Positions 1 to 11,590 of a DNA stretch of 64,000 bases are shown piece by piece. Each line of letters starts with the position of its first letter. Position 1 is the first letter of the stretch. A model generated the notes under the pieces. The model was not told the DNA's origin, made no database searches, and was given only the letters and a program-made list of their open reading frames with translations. The translations under genes were made by a program, and so were the position numbers. Origin of the DNA: Glycera tridactyla (Eukaryota); NCBI GenBank assembly GCA_965644265.1, contig OZ286472.1, forward strand, positions 44,950,001 through 45,014,000, given 5' to 3'.

Positions 1-287
1 CCACTTACTGCGAGGGATTTTACTTTAAGGTTGTCAAAGAACATACTGAGTTCATCCTCGATGTCTAATCTGTTGATGTATGACATTAGATTGACCGCGT
101 GAGAGTCGCCGATAATTAACAGTTTAGGAGGGCCATACCTGCGAACAATTTCTATCGGTTGTTCTAGCCGATCTCTGCCGGGCGGTTGTACTCGTTCCTT
201 AGCCAGACGTTCGTCTTCTGAGTCAATCACCCGCGTAGTTGCTCTCACTCTGGTCACAGGGCGCCGGTAAATTGGGAGAAGACTCAT
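1..287 (-). CDS. 5' part of an SGNH/GDSL-hydrolase (esterase-like) ORF that runs off the window
   Basis: My translation from the ATG at 287-285 gives 95 codons with no stop: MSLLPIYRRPVTRVRATTRVIDSEDERLAKERVQPPGRDRLEQPIEIVRRYGPPKLLIIGDSHAVNLMSYINRLDIEDELSMFFDNLKVKSLAVS(G). LLIIGDSH (GDS at 110-102) fits SGNH block I and SLAVSG fits block II. The ATG overlaps the ORF1 TGA (286-284). Confidence 0.7.
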   Translation of the reverse strand, partial: MSLLPIYRRPVTRVRATTRVIDSEDERLAKERVQPPGRDRLEQPIEIVRRYGPPKLLIIGDSHAVNLMSYINRLDIEDELSMFFDNLKVKSLAVS

Positions 288-3250
288 CGCGAGTAATGAC
301 CACCACGTCCTCCACGTGATGAAGAAAGGTTCCCTTGTATAGGTCCTTGCGACGGTCTTTTGCGTGGGTCTTCAAATGAGCGCCTACTATTCCAATGTTG
401 ATAGGATTGTTGTTCACCGCTCGAATGTTGGCTGCCAGTAGTTGCAGTATCACGTGATCGATCACTCGCGTCACCATGGCCCTGCCAGGTGACTCTATCG
501 GAGTCCCTGCTCTGTGCGGCGGAAGGGTGGCGGACGTATGTAGCCACCAGTGTGTTCCGATAGCTCTCGCGCGTGCCCTCACGGCTGCAGTCGCGTCGTC
601 CACCACTTTTCCCGCGTCTGCCATCGTACATGCTTTCCCTCCTCTCCCTGCTTTGTGCGCGGTTTCTGTAATCTGTCTGGCCAGGATGCTGTTGTTGTAG
701 TTGTTGTTGTTGTTGTTGCTGACGTTGCTGATTTTGCTGTTTTTGTTTGTTATGGTTACCTGTTTGCCTCTGTTGTTGATGATCATGTTGTTGTTGTTGT
801 GGCCGTTGTTGTTGGTTGCTGCCTTGCTGTTGAAGTCGCTGCATATGTTGTGGTGGATCCAGACTGGCCTGATGCATATGTCCGGGGTGTTTTTGTTGTT
901 CCTCCTGATGTTGAACATGCAAGGTGGTCGCATGCTCACTCTGTTGATTTTGTGTCGCGTTGCGTTCGTGTTGCTGTTGTTCTCGTTGTGGTACTATGGG
1001 TTGTGCTTGCCCATCAGTGCTTCTGTTATCCCGGTGTCTGTTATACGCTACTTCATTAATTTGTCTGAGCTCATCCGGGTCGGTTAGTACTGCTGGTTTC
1101 GAATCTGGACTAGTCTGTGCCCACACCAGGCCGTCATATGTCCATACTTTGGATATGATGTTATGTTTCCTTGCTTGTCTGGCTTCATAGTAGACCCGAT
1201 TATTTTTCGTCGTCAGGAATTCTTTAAAGAACAGGCTTGACCCCCGCAATTGGCCCTTGCATTTCATCAAGTGCCTTTTAAGTTGTGTGTCCCTGAATTT
1301 AACAAGTATGGGTCTGATGCCTTGGTCATCTGCCTTCCCAAAGTATGTGCACTTTATCAAGTCCTGGGGTGTAATATCTAACTTGAGTCTCTCACGTAGC
1401 TCGTAGCCAACATTATCAAAGAGACTGAAATTCATGTTGATTTCCAGGCCTTCAATAATTAGCATGTTCATACGATCTGACAACTCTAGATTTTCAATGC
1501 GGGTTAGGATGCTAGGCGTAGTCTCCTGGCCCGTTTTATGTCCAGCTGCTGGCTGCTCGATGTTGGTCATCCCTGCTGGGGTGCTACTCAAGCGTTCTAG
1601 GTTGCTCCTGAGCATGTTGGTGATTTTGATATTTTCGTGTAACTCCTTATTCACTTTTCTTAATTGATTGGATAGATTCAGAATTTCTACACTCACTTCA
1701 TTCATGATGTCCTGCCGTATCTTTTTATGAAGGCTTTTTTCGATTTGGGCTGTCAGTTCTATCTCCAATCCAGGGCGAATGTCATTGGTGACCTCGTCCT
1801 TGAGTTTGTCCTTGACTGTGCTAGGGAGATTATTCCAAGTGATTTCTGGTGGTTCATTAGTCCGTGTATAGCTCGTTAACAGTAGATCTACATCATCACC
1901 CCATTCTTCGGGCGTTCTTCCAGGCTTGTCTTGTTTTTTGTTAGTACCATTATCAGCTTGTCCGGAAGTGATCTGTTCAATGCTCTCCAAATCCATCTCC
2001 AGCTCCATTTCCATATCCATCTTTGCTTCTGCATCACTGTCTTCACTCACTTCACTTCCATCCTCATCATCACTACCACTCTCACTAGGGCCAGAGGACG
2101 AGTGTTCGCCGCTCACCTCTTCATTAATATTCTCTGTCAGGCCATTACTCCTGCCCATATTTTTGCGGCCCTTTTTAGAGAAGACGCCCGACTGGGCTGG
2201 TAGGTCATCTGGAGATGACATGTTCCGGCGGCGTTTAGGCTTTTTGTTCCTACTAGGTAGTTTTGGAGCAATTAGAGGCTCTGAGGTAACCGTAGCCGTC
2301 ATCGCGGGATTATTGGCTAAATTTTTTGAGACGATTGAGTCTACTTCCTGCTTCATTCTATCATCGATAGCTTCCTTTCCCCCTCGACCTGCAGCCGGTC
2401 TCTCTTCCTGAATCTCTACATGAGGTCGTTCTTGTGCTCCATCCAGACTTGCAATTTGTTCAGTCTCTGATCCGGTGATCGTAGTATCACCTGTCAACGC
2501 AATGCTACCACCACTGGCCGTGCTGTTTGGTGGATCTGGTGCGGTCAATCCGGATGATGTGTGAGAGTGAGACATATCGTTAAGATCACTCAACAGGTTT
2601 TTAGCGGGGTTTTGTATAACCGAGTCACCTTCAGAGTCACTAAAACTCTCCCCAGCCCTGTCGGACAAATTCGCGTCTCTGTTGAATGCCTGACTCAGTG
2701 TACCCCTGACTGTGACATTAATTGCATTAGAGATAGCCTTGTTTGCCTTCATTGTTTGTGGCGAGTCCGCGACAGTAGCACTCGGCAAAGGGGCAGCGGC
2801 AGTATTTGCGGTTAAAGCAGTGGTTGGATGGTTTGGGCCTGGTTTGCGTTTAGACTGTGAATGGGGCGGAGGGGGAGGTGGGGGCGGCGTAAGCGGGTGT
2901 CTTAGCAGCGATTGTTTATAACGTCTACTCGGCGCGCCGACGGGTCCCCCACCCATGTCCGAGCTTGTACCATCGGCGCCGCTTGCTATAGAACGTGGCG
3001 ACTCACCTGGTGCTTCACCTGGGCTCGAGTCAACTGGTCGCTGGTTCGAAACCCCCTCCGTGACGTCAGTCGTTTGAACATGGCCACCCTCATTATCGTC
3101 CTTCTCAGCCCCCGGTTTACCTGTCTTTGCACGGCTCCACATCTTTACCAAGATGTTCTCGGGTCTCGTCTTCGGCACGCCTGGGTCGTCAGGATGTTCA
3201 TACATACGATCACCATTACGTTTTCCACCTAGGCTTCCTCTGGACGGCAT
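284..3250 (-). CDS. Non-LTR retrotransposon ORF1-like protein (988 aa; coiled coil plus L1/Tnp22-type RRM and CTD, low-complexity termini)
   Basis: Uninterrupted ATG-to-TGA ORF. A coiled-coil-like stretch (IEKSLHKKIRQDIMNEV...LRSNLERL) is followed by RIENLELSDRMNMLIIEGL, RPILVKFRD, LFFKEFLT and KVWTYDGLVWA, the motif order of L1/CR1-type ORF1 proteins. Gln-rich and RG-rich tail. Confidence 0.85.
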   Translation of the reverse strand: MPSRGSLGGKRNGDRMYEHPDDPGVPKTRPENILVKMWSRAKTGKPGAEKDDNEGGHVQTTDVTEGVSNQRPVDSSPGEAPGESPRSIASGADGTSSDMGGGPVGAPSRRYKQSLLRHPLTPPPPPPPPHSQSKRKPGPNHPTTALTANTAAAPLPSATVADSPQTMKANKAISNAINVTVRGTLSQAFNRDANLSDRAGESFSDSEGDSVIQNPAKNLLSDLNDMSHSHTSSGLTAPDPPNSTASGGSIALTGDTTITGSETEQIASLDGAQERPHVEIQEERPAAGRGGKEAIDDRMKQEVDSIVSKNLANNPAMTATVTSEPLIAPKLPSRNKKPKRRRNMSSPDDLPAQSGVFSKKGRKNMGRSNGLTENINEEVSGEHSSSGPSESGSDDEDGSEVSEDSDAEAKMDMEMELEMDLESIEQITSGQADNGTNKKQDKPGRTPEEWGDDVDLLLTSYTRTNEPPEITWNNLPSTVKDKLKDEVTNDIRPGLEIELTAQIEKSLHKKIRQDIMNEVSVEILNLSNQLRKVNKELHENIKITNMLRSNLERLSSTPAGMTNIEQPAAGHKTGQETTPSILTRIENLELSDRMNMLIIEGLEINMNFSLFDNVGYELRERLKLDITPQDLIKCTYFGKADDQGIRPILVKFRDTQLKRHLMKCKGQLRGSSLFFKEFLTTKNNRVYYEARQARKHNIISKVWTYDGLVWAQTSPDSKPAVLTDPDELRQINEVAYNRHRDNRSTDGQAQPIVPQREQQQHERNATQNQQSEHATTLHVQHQEEQQKHPGHMHQASLDPPQHMQRLQQQGSNQQQRPQQQQHDHQQQRQTGNHNKQKQQNQQRQQQQQQQLQQQHPGQTDYRNRAQSRERRESMYDGRRGKSGGRRDCSREGTRESYRNTLVATYVRHPSAAQSRDSDRVTWQGHGDASDRSRDTATTGSQHSSGEQQSYQHWNSRRSFEDPRKRPSQGPIQGNLSSSRGGRGGHYSR

Positions 3251-3331
3251 TACGACCGGTTTTTTGACACCTCGCGCGAATGCGTTACTCCTCCTTCATG
3301 TCCGTAGCATCGTGGCTGACACACGAATATC

Positions 3332-3334
<3 letters not shown>

Positions 3335-3375
<41 letters not shown>
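3335..3375. repeat. (TG)n microsatellite
   Basis: Direct reading of the sequence. Confidence 0.95.
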
Positions 3376-3379
<4 letters not shown>

Positions 3380-4029
3380 CGCGCGTATGTGTATCTGATG
3401 GGAGGAACAATCGATGCATGACCTAGCATGAGCCGATGCCTGTGATCCCAGACTAGATTGTGACCAATGATACGTTGCTTATATGAATGACTACCAGCTG
3501 TTCACATAGTATGTACGTATTTGTCCAGTAGTGCAATGATGCTGGCTCTAATGTGGCAGGTAGCCAAGCACGCCACGAAAGGTTGACATCGTTGGTTGAT
3601 GACATGCAGGATGATTTTCAGCCTGCCTACCTACGTACCTGCCATGATTCTGCCTGCCTGACAGCCTGCCTGACAGCCTGCCTGCCTACCGAACCAATAC
3701 AGCAAGCAGTCAACTGCCCCGCCTACCTACTTCGGGCTTATTGTTCGGGCATCAGTATAGGGGTATTATGCCTCATATTCCATCACATATATTTGATTCA
3801 TTCTGAGGTATAGAAGAGATTGGAATGTTTGAGACAGCCAGGTCCCAAAACTCTATTGCGTAAACCCCACAGAAACACTTCTTCTGGCTTGCCTTTCATT
3901 GATATGTAATTCACAATGCTTCTACTGTCCTTAACTGTGTCATGTGACACCTCTCCGAGTAATAAGTAACTATATCCTGGAGAGCTTCATTGTGACTCGT
4001 TGATCTCGCCACTCCCTGCTCTCTCAACC

Positions 4030-4250
4030 GTTGTATGCTTTGGTGTGTGTTGGGGGGGGGGGGGGGGTTGGAGTGGGCGTGGGTGGTTGGTTGTGTTTGG
4101 GCATTTGTTGAGTGGGGATGAGGAGTGTGCACGAACGTGTGGGGTTTTGGGTATGGGAGTGGACACGAGAGGAGGGTGTGTGTGCCAGTGTGTATGGAGA
4201 TGGGGTGAGGGGGTTGAGTAGGGGTGAGGGGGTGGAGTGGAGGTGAAAGT
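4030..4250 (+). repeat. G-rich low-complexity tract with poly-G (potential G-quadruplex)
   Basis: Long G run from 4051 and many GGG/GGGG runs separated by short spacers. Confidence 0.7.
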
Positions 4251-5071
4251 TGATTGAATTTCTGATGAATCAGTTCGCAGCTGTATATCAAGACAATCGT
4301 CACCGAGTATATGTTCCAAGAATATACATGATAAATATCTTAGATAGCCTCTCAATCTTTACTGAGTGAATTACTACCCCAAAACCAATGTCATTCAAAC
4401 AGTATGATTTGAAAATTGATAACTAGTGCCCATCCACGTATATTAGTGTTTCCTCGGTGCAGTCATAAATTTGCCTATGGATATTAGTTGGATCGAATCG
4501 GTTTTTCGAGGCCTGATCACGAACATATCAGCGCTACCCTGCGCTAGGCACATATTGCTTCAGACTGATGAGCAGACAGTTTGAGATGAGCGGCATCTTT
4601 CTCAGGGTTCAGTATCTTTCAACTCGAGCCCGAGAAATATATCGCTAGATGTCACGCTCTATGTGACCGACTCTGACACTAGATGACGGGAGTGCATCGA
4701 TCTACCGGTGAAGCCGATTCGCATAAGAGTATGGTTATTGGGGGCGGAACAGTGTTCGATTGTGTGTATTCTGTATATTTTATTACAACTGTCTGCCCGC
4801 CTGTCTGTCTGTCTCTGTTTCTTCTCCCTATCACTGTCTGCCTCTCTGCGTGTCTGTCTGCCTCTCTGTCCCTCCTCGGTCTCTCCCCCTCTTTCTCTCT
4901 CAGTCTGCCCACTCGCCCATCCACCCATCCACTTACACAACGTCTACCCGGGAAAGCTCCTGTGTAGGAGCAATTGTGTCATGTATATTGTATGCATATG
5001 AGACGGACGAAAATAAGGAATTATCTCATCGAATCAAATTAAATCCATCATCCATCCATTTCACCCCTCTA

Positions 5072-5157
5072 TCTTGAATGATCCCTCCCATGCCAATTGC
5101 CTGGGCGTCCCGATATAGCCCATGTTTCGCTAACGGGACGTAAAACAATCAATCAAC
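5072..5157 (+). mobile_element. SINE-like family, 3' fragment
   Basis: TCTTGAATGATCCCTCCCATGCCAATTGCCTGGGCGTCCCGATATAGC...CGTAAAACAATCAATC is shared with 13152-13280, 26340-26513 and (inverted) 31515-31640. It ends in a short-repeat tail. Confidence 0.6.
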
Positions 5158-7059
5158 TATACAACCATCGAACCAATCCCTTCAGCAAGCTTATCTCGTT
5201 TGCGTGGTTGCATATCTGCAGATGGATCTTGTGTGACTCGGAAATGCACAAGTAGATGATAAAATGTCAATTGTTTTTGTTTCATTCTAGCGAAAAAGTG
5301 CAGACACTTGGTACAGGCAGACAGAATCGATGCTAGGCCAGGTGCTTTTATCTGTCTGTCCGATGGACAGGTCCATAAGCTCTAGTCAAGTCTAATATCA
5401 AAAGCAGGGGGTAGGGGAAATGACAGGGAGGGCAGGTGAAAAAAAATGTAGAGCCTATTAAGATAGAGTTGTTTGGATGACTAGTTCGCTATAATAGTTG
5501 GTAAACTGCGAGAGAAACATGGCAGATGCTGAATGGACGCGTGTTGGATAGAGACGGCGTTTCTTCCGATGAATGCACTATAATGTGAATACTATTATAG
5601 TGTATCATGGTGGAAGAATGTTGTCGGAATAATTCAAGGGCGTAATGCTGACATTGAAACCAGGTCGGTATGACGTCGTAATCAAGTCAGGCGGGAAACC
5701 TCCAACCGCCCGCTGTCGCGTGTTTTGTGTCTCCAGGCACAAACTCGTCATCGTCAACAAACTTCAGATATACACCAGTTCATTCTGTTCCTTAGGCGAT
5801 TTTAGAGGAACCAGATACACCCAGGTATGACGCGAGCCACAAATGCAGTTTCCATACATTTGAGCTCATATTCGCTGAGTTATATTACCAGGATGAATTC
5901 ATGGTTGGGGTAATTATGTGAAATACCATGGGATATACACGGAAACCGTCAAACTCCGCATCATGTTTATCTTCCCAGCACCCTTACTATATTTAGCTGA
6001 CCTCACTATGGTATTTTAGGTCATCTTATCCTGCCCCGAAAACAAGGGAGCCGTTTCAGAGAAAAAAATCGGACATGCCGCGATGTGATATTCCATCATG
6101 TTCATGCTCTATTTGTCACAAACAAATCGTCAATGAAGCTGAGGGTTTATCACTGGACACTTTGGTTATGTGTTCTCCGAACCTGATGCATTCCCTCATT
6201 ACTCTGACCTTATTTCAGGTCTTTGATTGTTTGTTTTTCTGTGGTTTACGGCATGTATCAACCCAGAAATGTACATATTCCATGCGTTTTTGGTCAGTGA
6301 AAACTAGATGTTCTGTTCCCCTGCAGGCATCACTTACACGAACCCTGAACATGTGGGGGAACAGGACAGGTTGTCAAGTGGAAGAAGCTGACAGTTCAGA
6401 CACCCCTCTACCTACTCAACATAGATGTATTATCCCCATCGATGGAATATCTGATTATTTGAGCAACTGGAAGCTGACACCCGATCCTGATAGCAATGTT
6501 TCCTTTTTGAGCAAAGTGCAGCTCTTGAAAAAAAGGATAAGCATGTGTTCAATTACTCATTGTCAACTTCAAACCAGCTTTACTGAGTGAAATGACATCA
6601 CATGACCTGGTAAACCTCGTCACAACTCTAGTAAGCCAGACATGGTGTGCCTGGTACCCGATTTTCACAAACTGATATAATCTGCTACAGGCTAGCTAAG
6701 ACTGACGCCATTTCACTGAAGACATACGAAGTGCTTGGAGGGATTGAAAAGAGGTGACAAAAAAGAAACCAGGTGACTGTCCCCGTTAATGCAGATTGAT
6801 ATCCACTCCAAAATGTAAATAAACGCAGAATACACGACGTAGGCAATGTAATGACACCTGGCATAGTCATAGAAGTGAGCAATCATGAAAAGATAGAGAT
6901 GGGCTAGAGGCGCCCATGAGCATGGGAGGGGTCATCCGAAAATTCTTCTGGGTCGAAGGGGAGGGGCGAATACATGGGAAAATTGAATTAGTCGGGAGTA
7001 ATGTCTCGTCTCTTTAATCCAGGAAGGATATTTTCGACAAATGGGCAGATTGATGAACG

Positions 7060-7154
7060 GACGGACGGACAGACAGATAGACATACAGACATACATAAAT
7101 CCAGACAGACATCCAGACAGACATCCAGACATCCAGACATCCAGACAGACATCC

Positions 7155-7226
<72 letters not shown>
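7060..7226. repeat. (GACA)n and related tetranucleotide microsatellite
   Basis: Direct reading; explains the spurious ORFs 6932-7337. Confidence 0.95.
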
Positions 7227-7229
<3 letters not shown>

Positions 7230-9435
7230 GATAGCATACCTGACTCCAATATCCACATCAGTTCCGTGTTCGGCTGTAAATGTTCAGTATGGTACAATGA
7301 CAACTCTCCTTATAGAAAAATTGTAACATCCTATTAACTCCTACCATGCAAACTATACGAATGTGCATCACAATGGATATACCAATGATACATTTGAATC
7401 GCTGCCACGCCACACCAGAACTTCCAACATAAAAATAAGAGTTGTTTCAGAATTATCTGAAACGTTTTTGACATACATGCACCTCACCGAGTCTTAAATG
7501 CATCTTAGAGTGATTTGGTCATAGAGCAGATTAACCAGCCCGTGATTCGATGGACGCATGCTCTCTCCCCTCCCGTCTTTCTCCTATTCATCTCTCCCTC
7601 TGTCAACCGACTTATTCTTTCTCCATTTTCAAGAGTGAGAGAAATATGGATATGACAGGTTTGGAAGAGGGGGTGGGTGGGGAAGGGAAAGGGTGATAGA
7701 AATAAGAGAAAGTTATATAGCAGGGGCATATAAGTGAGAGAGGGGAGGGGGGGGGAGGTGAAAAGGGGTACCACCTAACAGACAGATTGATACACGCGCT
7801 TACTGAAAATCATTGGTGGGAAAGGACGCATCATGAGGTTCCAGTCATTCTGTTCTCATCACACTGGAATTCAATGACTTGAGCGTACTGGACAGTACTA
7901 CGCACAACCCATGATATTTAGGTACAGAAGAACTGAATCCAGATATTTCCGTATTTTTGACATTGCGGGTGATGGTTCGAGATGGGACAATGCACACGTT
8001 GCATATATTTTCGTGGAGGGAGCCATTCAAGGCACTGAGCCATTTTTGCGCCCTTCTACCTACATTTGCATTAGCAGATAGAGCAGATGATTGTTTTTTC
8101 ATCACACTCAACAGAGGTCAAAGATCCTACGATATGTGCCCCGCCCCAATTTGCAATCCACTGACAGGACACGAACTCCGTGTTGCTCTGTGGAAAGGCC
8201 GAGACCTGTGCAAGGTGTTGCCATCTGACCTTCATAGGTGTCAATAACAGAGTCCACTATCTTCAGCTGTTGACCGAAGGCTTTTTTATCTTCCCTCTAG
8301 TGTTCAGTCTGCTTTTCCTCATGTATGAACAAATCCTTCTCAGTTTTCTCACACTTTCTCGGATAAACTTGATCAATCACGTGTCAGTCAATTGTGATGA
8401 AGTGATGGAGAAACTCAGCGCTCACCGCCCCATGCAGTGAGAACCAGAAATGCTAACGATTGTCTAGCAGTATTTTCAACCTTCACACTACAGAAGCGTG
8501 CCGCATGTGAAATATACCCACAGCTGAACGTCGAAATCGATCAAATGAGCAAGTTTCTATTGTTCCCTGTGTACATAATCGATACAGAGTCGACATATTT
8601 GACTCGTCACTTAGCAATACCTGAACGATCATGGAACAGGGTAACGTAATCTGTTTACCCCCAGTTGGCATCTTCAATGAGGTGATCCTCGACCCCGCAA
8701 TGATATGATAATGCTACGAAGGTGCGCGCACATCGGTGATACCTTTTTCTGAGAAAAGTATAATATACCATATGACATTTTCAGGTTCATCAGGTTGATG
8801 TTGGTAGAGGTGTGTCTGAACTGTCAGCTACTTCCACCTGGCAATTTCTCAGGTTCTCCCATCCCTCGTGTTCAGGGTTCGGTTTAAGTGATGCCTGCAG
8901 GGGACCGGATTTCATAGATGAGGATCACATGACAGACATGACCATCTTGGGATGATATATGTCGTTGATACTCAACCATTTCAAACCGACAGTTCCTTTC
9001 CAGACCGAACAAGGCCATCATTATGACTGCCTTCCTTTCAAGTAGTTCAATCATCTCGCTCGCACCTACTCCAATATCTAGATCACTCGTATTAAATAAA
9101 CCCGACCCCAGAATGAGACTGTGGAGGTTGTTCCCGACCACGAATGACCCACCGATTATCCACCCCATTTCGCTTTGAAGTAAAGCGCCAGTGCCTGCCG
9201 AATCATGTAATTTGATCGCAATAATACAAATATGTACTCGCTAACGCAAATAATTGTTTACTGGGTTATGTACCCCACCATAACACTCCTATTTTCTCAT
9301 CGCAGTTGTTTATTCCGAAAATATTTTCGGTTGGTTGAAATGTCCACGACAGATACATAACGACGGACGGACGTTCCAACTCAACCCAGTGAAGGCGCTC
9401 GGAACCACCACCACCACTACCATTACTACCACCAC

Positions 9436-9501
<66 letters not shown>
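9436..9501. repeat. (CAT)n microsatellite
   Basis: Direct reading; explains the poly-Met and poly-Ile ORFs. Confidence 0.95.
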
Positions 9502-11120
9502 GGCGTATGGTTTGCGATTGAGTGCCTCAAATGGCCCATTTATGGCTGCCGGTTCCCAGGCCATTTATGGCTTGTCATAATTCAGCCTCAATTGAGCCAT
9601 TCAGTAAGCTGAAACACCATCTCCTGACTGCCAAGAAAAGCACTGGTTCAGTTGCCCTGGCACATGGTGCTGGTCATTCATTCATTTAGGCGGTTGGGTC
9701 TGCATCACTAGATTGCATGAATATATATCAACAACAGGAGAGAAGTTCTCAAGACACATCAAGCACAACAGTAGGTATCACGGACCTTGGAGCAAATTAT
9801 TCATGTCTAGAGTTGAATGTTATGTACATGTCTGTGATAACTGACTATTAATTGTTTTGTACAATTGCCTCATAATGGCTGAATTTGTGTCGAATCCTGA
9901 GTGATAGTAGGTGATGTATTGACCATTTGGTCCCAAATTGCAAGCCATTTCAGAAACAATTTCAGAAATGGGCATGACAACAAAATGGCTTTCCATAAAT
10001 GGCATGCAATGGGCCTATTCAAGTACTGGTCATGGCTAATCGTGATAGCCCAGTAAGGTAGCTATGTGCAAACATCATGGCTCAATATATTCTGGAAGTT
10101 CAGGGTTTCGGTTTTCTCCCCACAGGAAAGCAGACTGCTACTCGTTTCCAATCGTCATGAGGATGAATATGCTTTTACAGGCAACTCTCATGGCGTATTT
10201 GTTAAGAATGAGGCATCTATCATACCTGTCTCGCACAAAGAAAAAAAGTGTGATATAGAATCTACAATGTCGTGCACGCTGCAACGCTTGTCCTGTTTAC
10301 ACATGTGAGCTACATTATACCATAATCCTATTTGACTAGCATATTTACTCTCTGTGTTGAGCGTTGATCATACTAATAGCAATAATTGACTTCTGCTGAG
10401 GTATATGAACACATCTGATGGATGAATAGAATGTTGGTAGCGCTGCCAGTGATTGCACTTAGTCCCACCCTCGTTTGCCTGACAAACACCAAGCATGGAA
10501 AAGAAAAACCAATAAAAAGACCGGGTGCAATGTGATCACAATAATTTTGCTTGAATCCACAGTTGATAGTTTAGACTAGAGCGAATAGGGTCGGTACAGG
10601 TAGGTGGATAGGCAACTCTCGGTGAATCGGCAATAAACACCTGATTTCTTTACATGCATGTTATGCTGCCATGGAACTTCACTAGCATCCTAGGAGAATC
10701 ATTGAAATCCGAGGACATCCGCACGATTTACCATATGGAAGCCGGTGTATTCAACAAGATTTACGATGGACATTCTCATGTAAAAACTGCACCCACACTC
10801 CAGAACGGATGAGTGAAATTACGCGTTTTCATCACTTATCACCGCTATTCAACTTGTGATGACACGAGATACAGTGATAATTGAATAGTGTCTCGCCGCA
10901 GTTCGTTCTCACCCTTTGGCTATCATGCCCGGGCGATAGGTATTGCGTAACGCTGTTGAGTGCCGGATGATGAAATTGTAGAGATGCATCATATGGTTCT
11001 AGCGAGCACCACGATAGATTCATGGCAGGCGGGATGCCATGACCCATTTATAGCAAGCATGCCACATATATTCGACGCCAGAGACCACACACGTACGAGC
11101 AGAACATGATGGTAGCTTAC

Positions 11121-11150
11121 CTTCTTGCGACCTTTTGATCTGCCCGGCAT
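11121..11150 (-). CDS. Candidate first coding exon (MPGRSKGRKK) of a minus-strand gene continuing leftwards
   Basis: atcATG at 11150, then 10 codons, then a near-consensus donor AAG|GTAAGC at 11121/11120 (phase 0). It lies just downstream of a CpG-rich promoter-like segment. No downstream exon identified. Confidence 0.4.
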
Positions 11151-11319
11151 GATGGCGGTGGATGGTGGATGGATCTTGGTCACAGGTGTTCTAGGAGGAC
11201 TAGCCCTTGTGTCGGAGCATCCCGGATAGCGATGGTTATCCGGAACCAGGTGGTGTTTGGTCACCACTCCCGCGCTGGGCGATGGCGGCAGATAGCTTCG
11301 GAAAACATCGCGAAAGAAT

Positions 11320-11590
11320 AGATCTAGCACGGAAGTCCTTGTAACTATGCCAACGCGACCTACTAGATAGGTATATAGGCAGCCGGCGCAGGTTTATTGT
11401 ACTGAAATGTGCTGGTTCTATCGTTCGCTGTGCCCGTAATACCCCCGAATTTACTTCCGATCGCCGAAGGAATTTCATCGATGAAGTGAAATGATTCGTG
11501 TGAAATGTTGCCGATCGCCGATTGATTGGCCAACACAGTACACATTTCCGACAGATGGCGGTTGTAGAATGGCGGGAATCTGTTCTGTTG
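11320..11590. promoter_or_regulatory. CpG-rich promoter-like island, possibly bidirectional
   Basis: ETS-type CGGAAGT (about 11330) and ACTTCCG (about 11453); CCGATCGCCGA twice (11457, 11511); palindrome TTCATCGATGAA (11474-11485); ATTGG/CCAAT box (about 11525); two YY1-like ATGGCGG (about 11555, 11569). Confidence 0.45.

Larger units (their letters stand above)
1..3330 (-). mobile_element. Apparently young retroelement (ORF1 plus esterase ORF), 3' part outside the window
   Basis: Two tandem intact minus-strand ORFs with retroelement-associated domains. The 5' boundary is not defined; a (TG)n tract lies just upstream of ORF1. Confidence 0.65.

Noticed and set aside
223-939. 238-aa minus-strand ORF overlapping the ORF1 tail
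   Set aside because: Alternative frame of CAA/CAG-rich sequence (poly-Asn); no domain motif.
476-2921. Plus-strand ORFs opposite ORF1
   Set aside because: Antisense shadows of a real coding frame; poly-V and poly-L compositions mirror the Gln repeats.
5737-5824. Plus-strand exon-like segment with good acceptor and donor
   Set aside because: Peptide unrecognisable and no phase-compatible partner exon found.
8884-9168. ORF with ILGSGLFNTSDLDIGV, resembling a nucleotidyltransferase GS..DxD motif
   Set aside because: GS-to-DxD spacing is shorter than typical, the ORF is only 94 aa, and there are no splice signals or third acidic motif.
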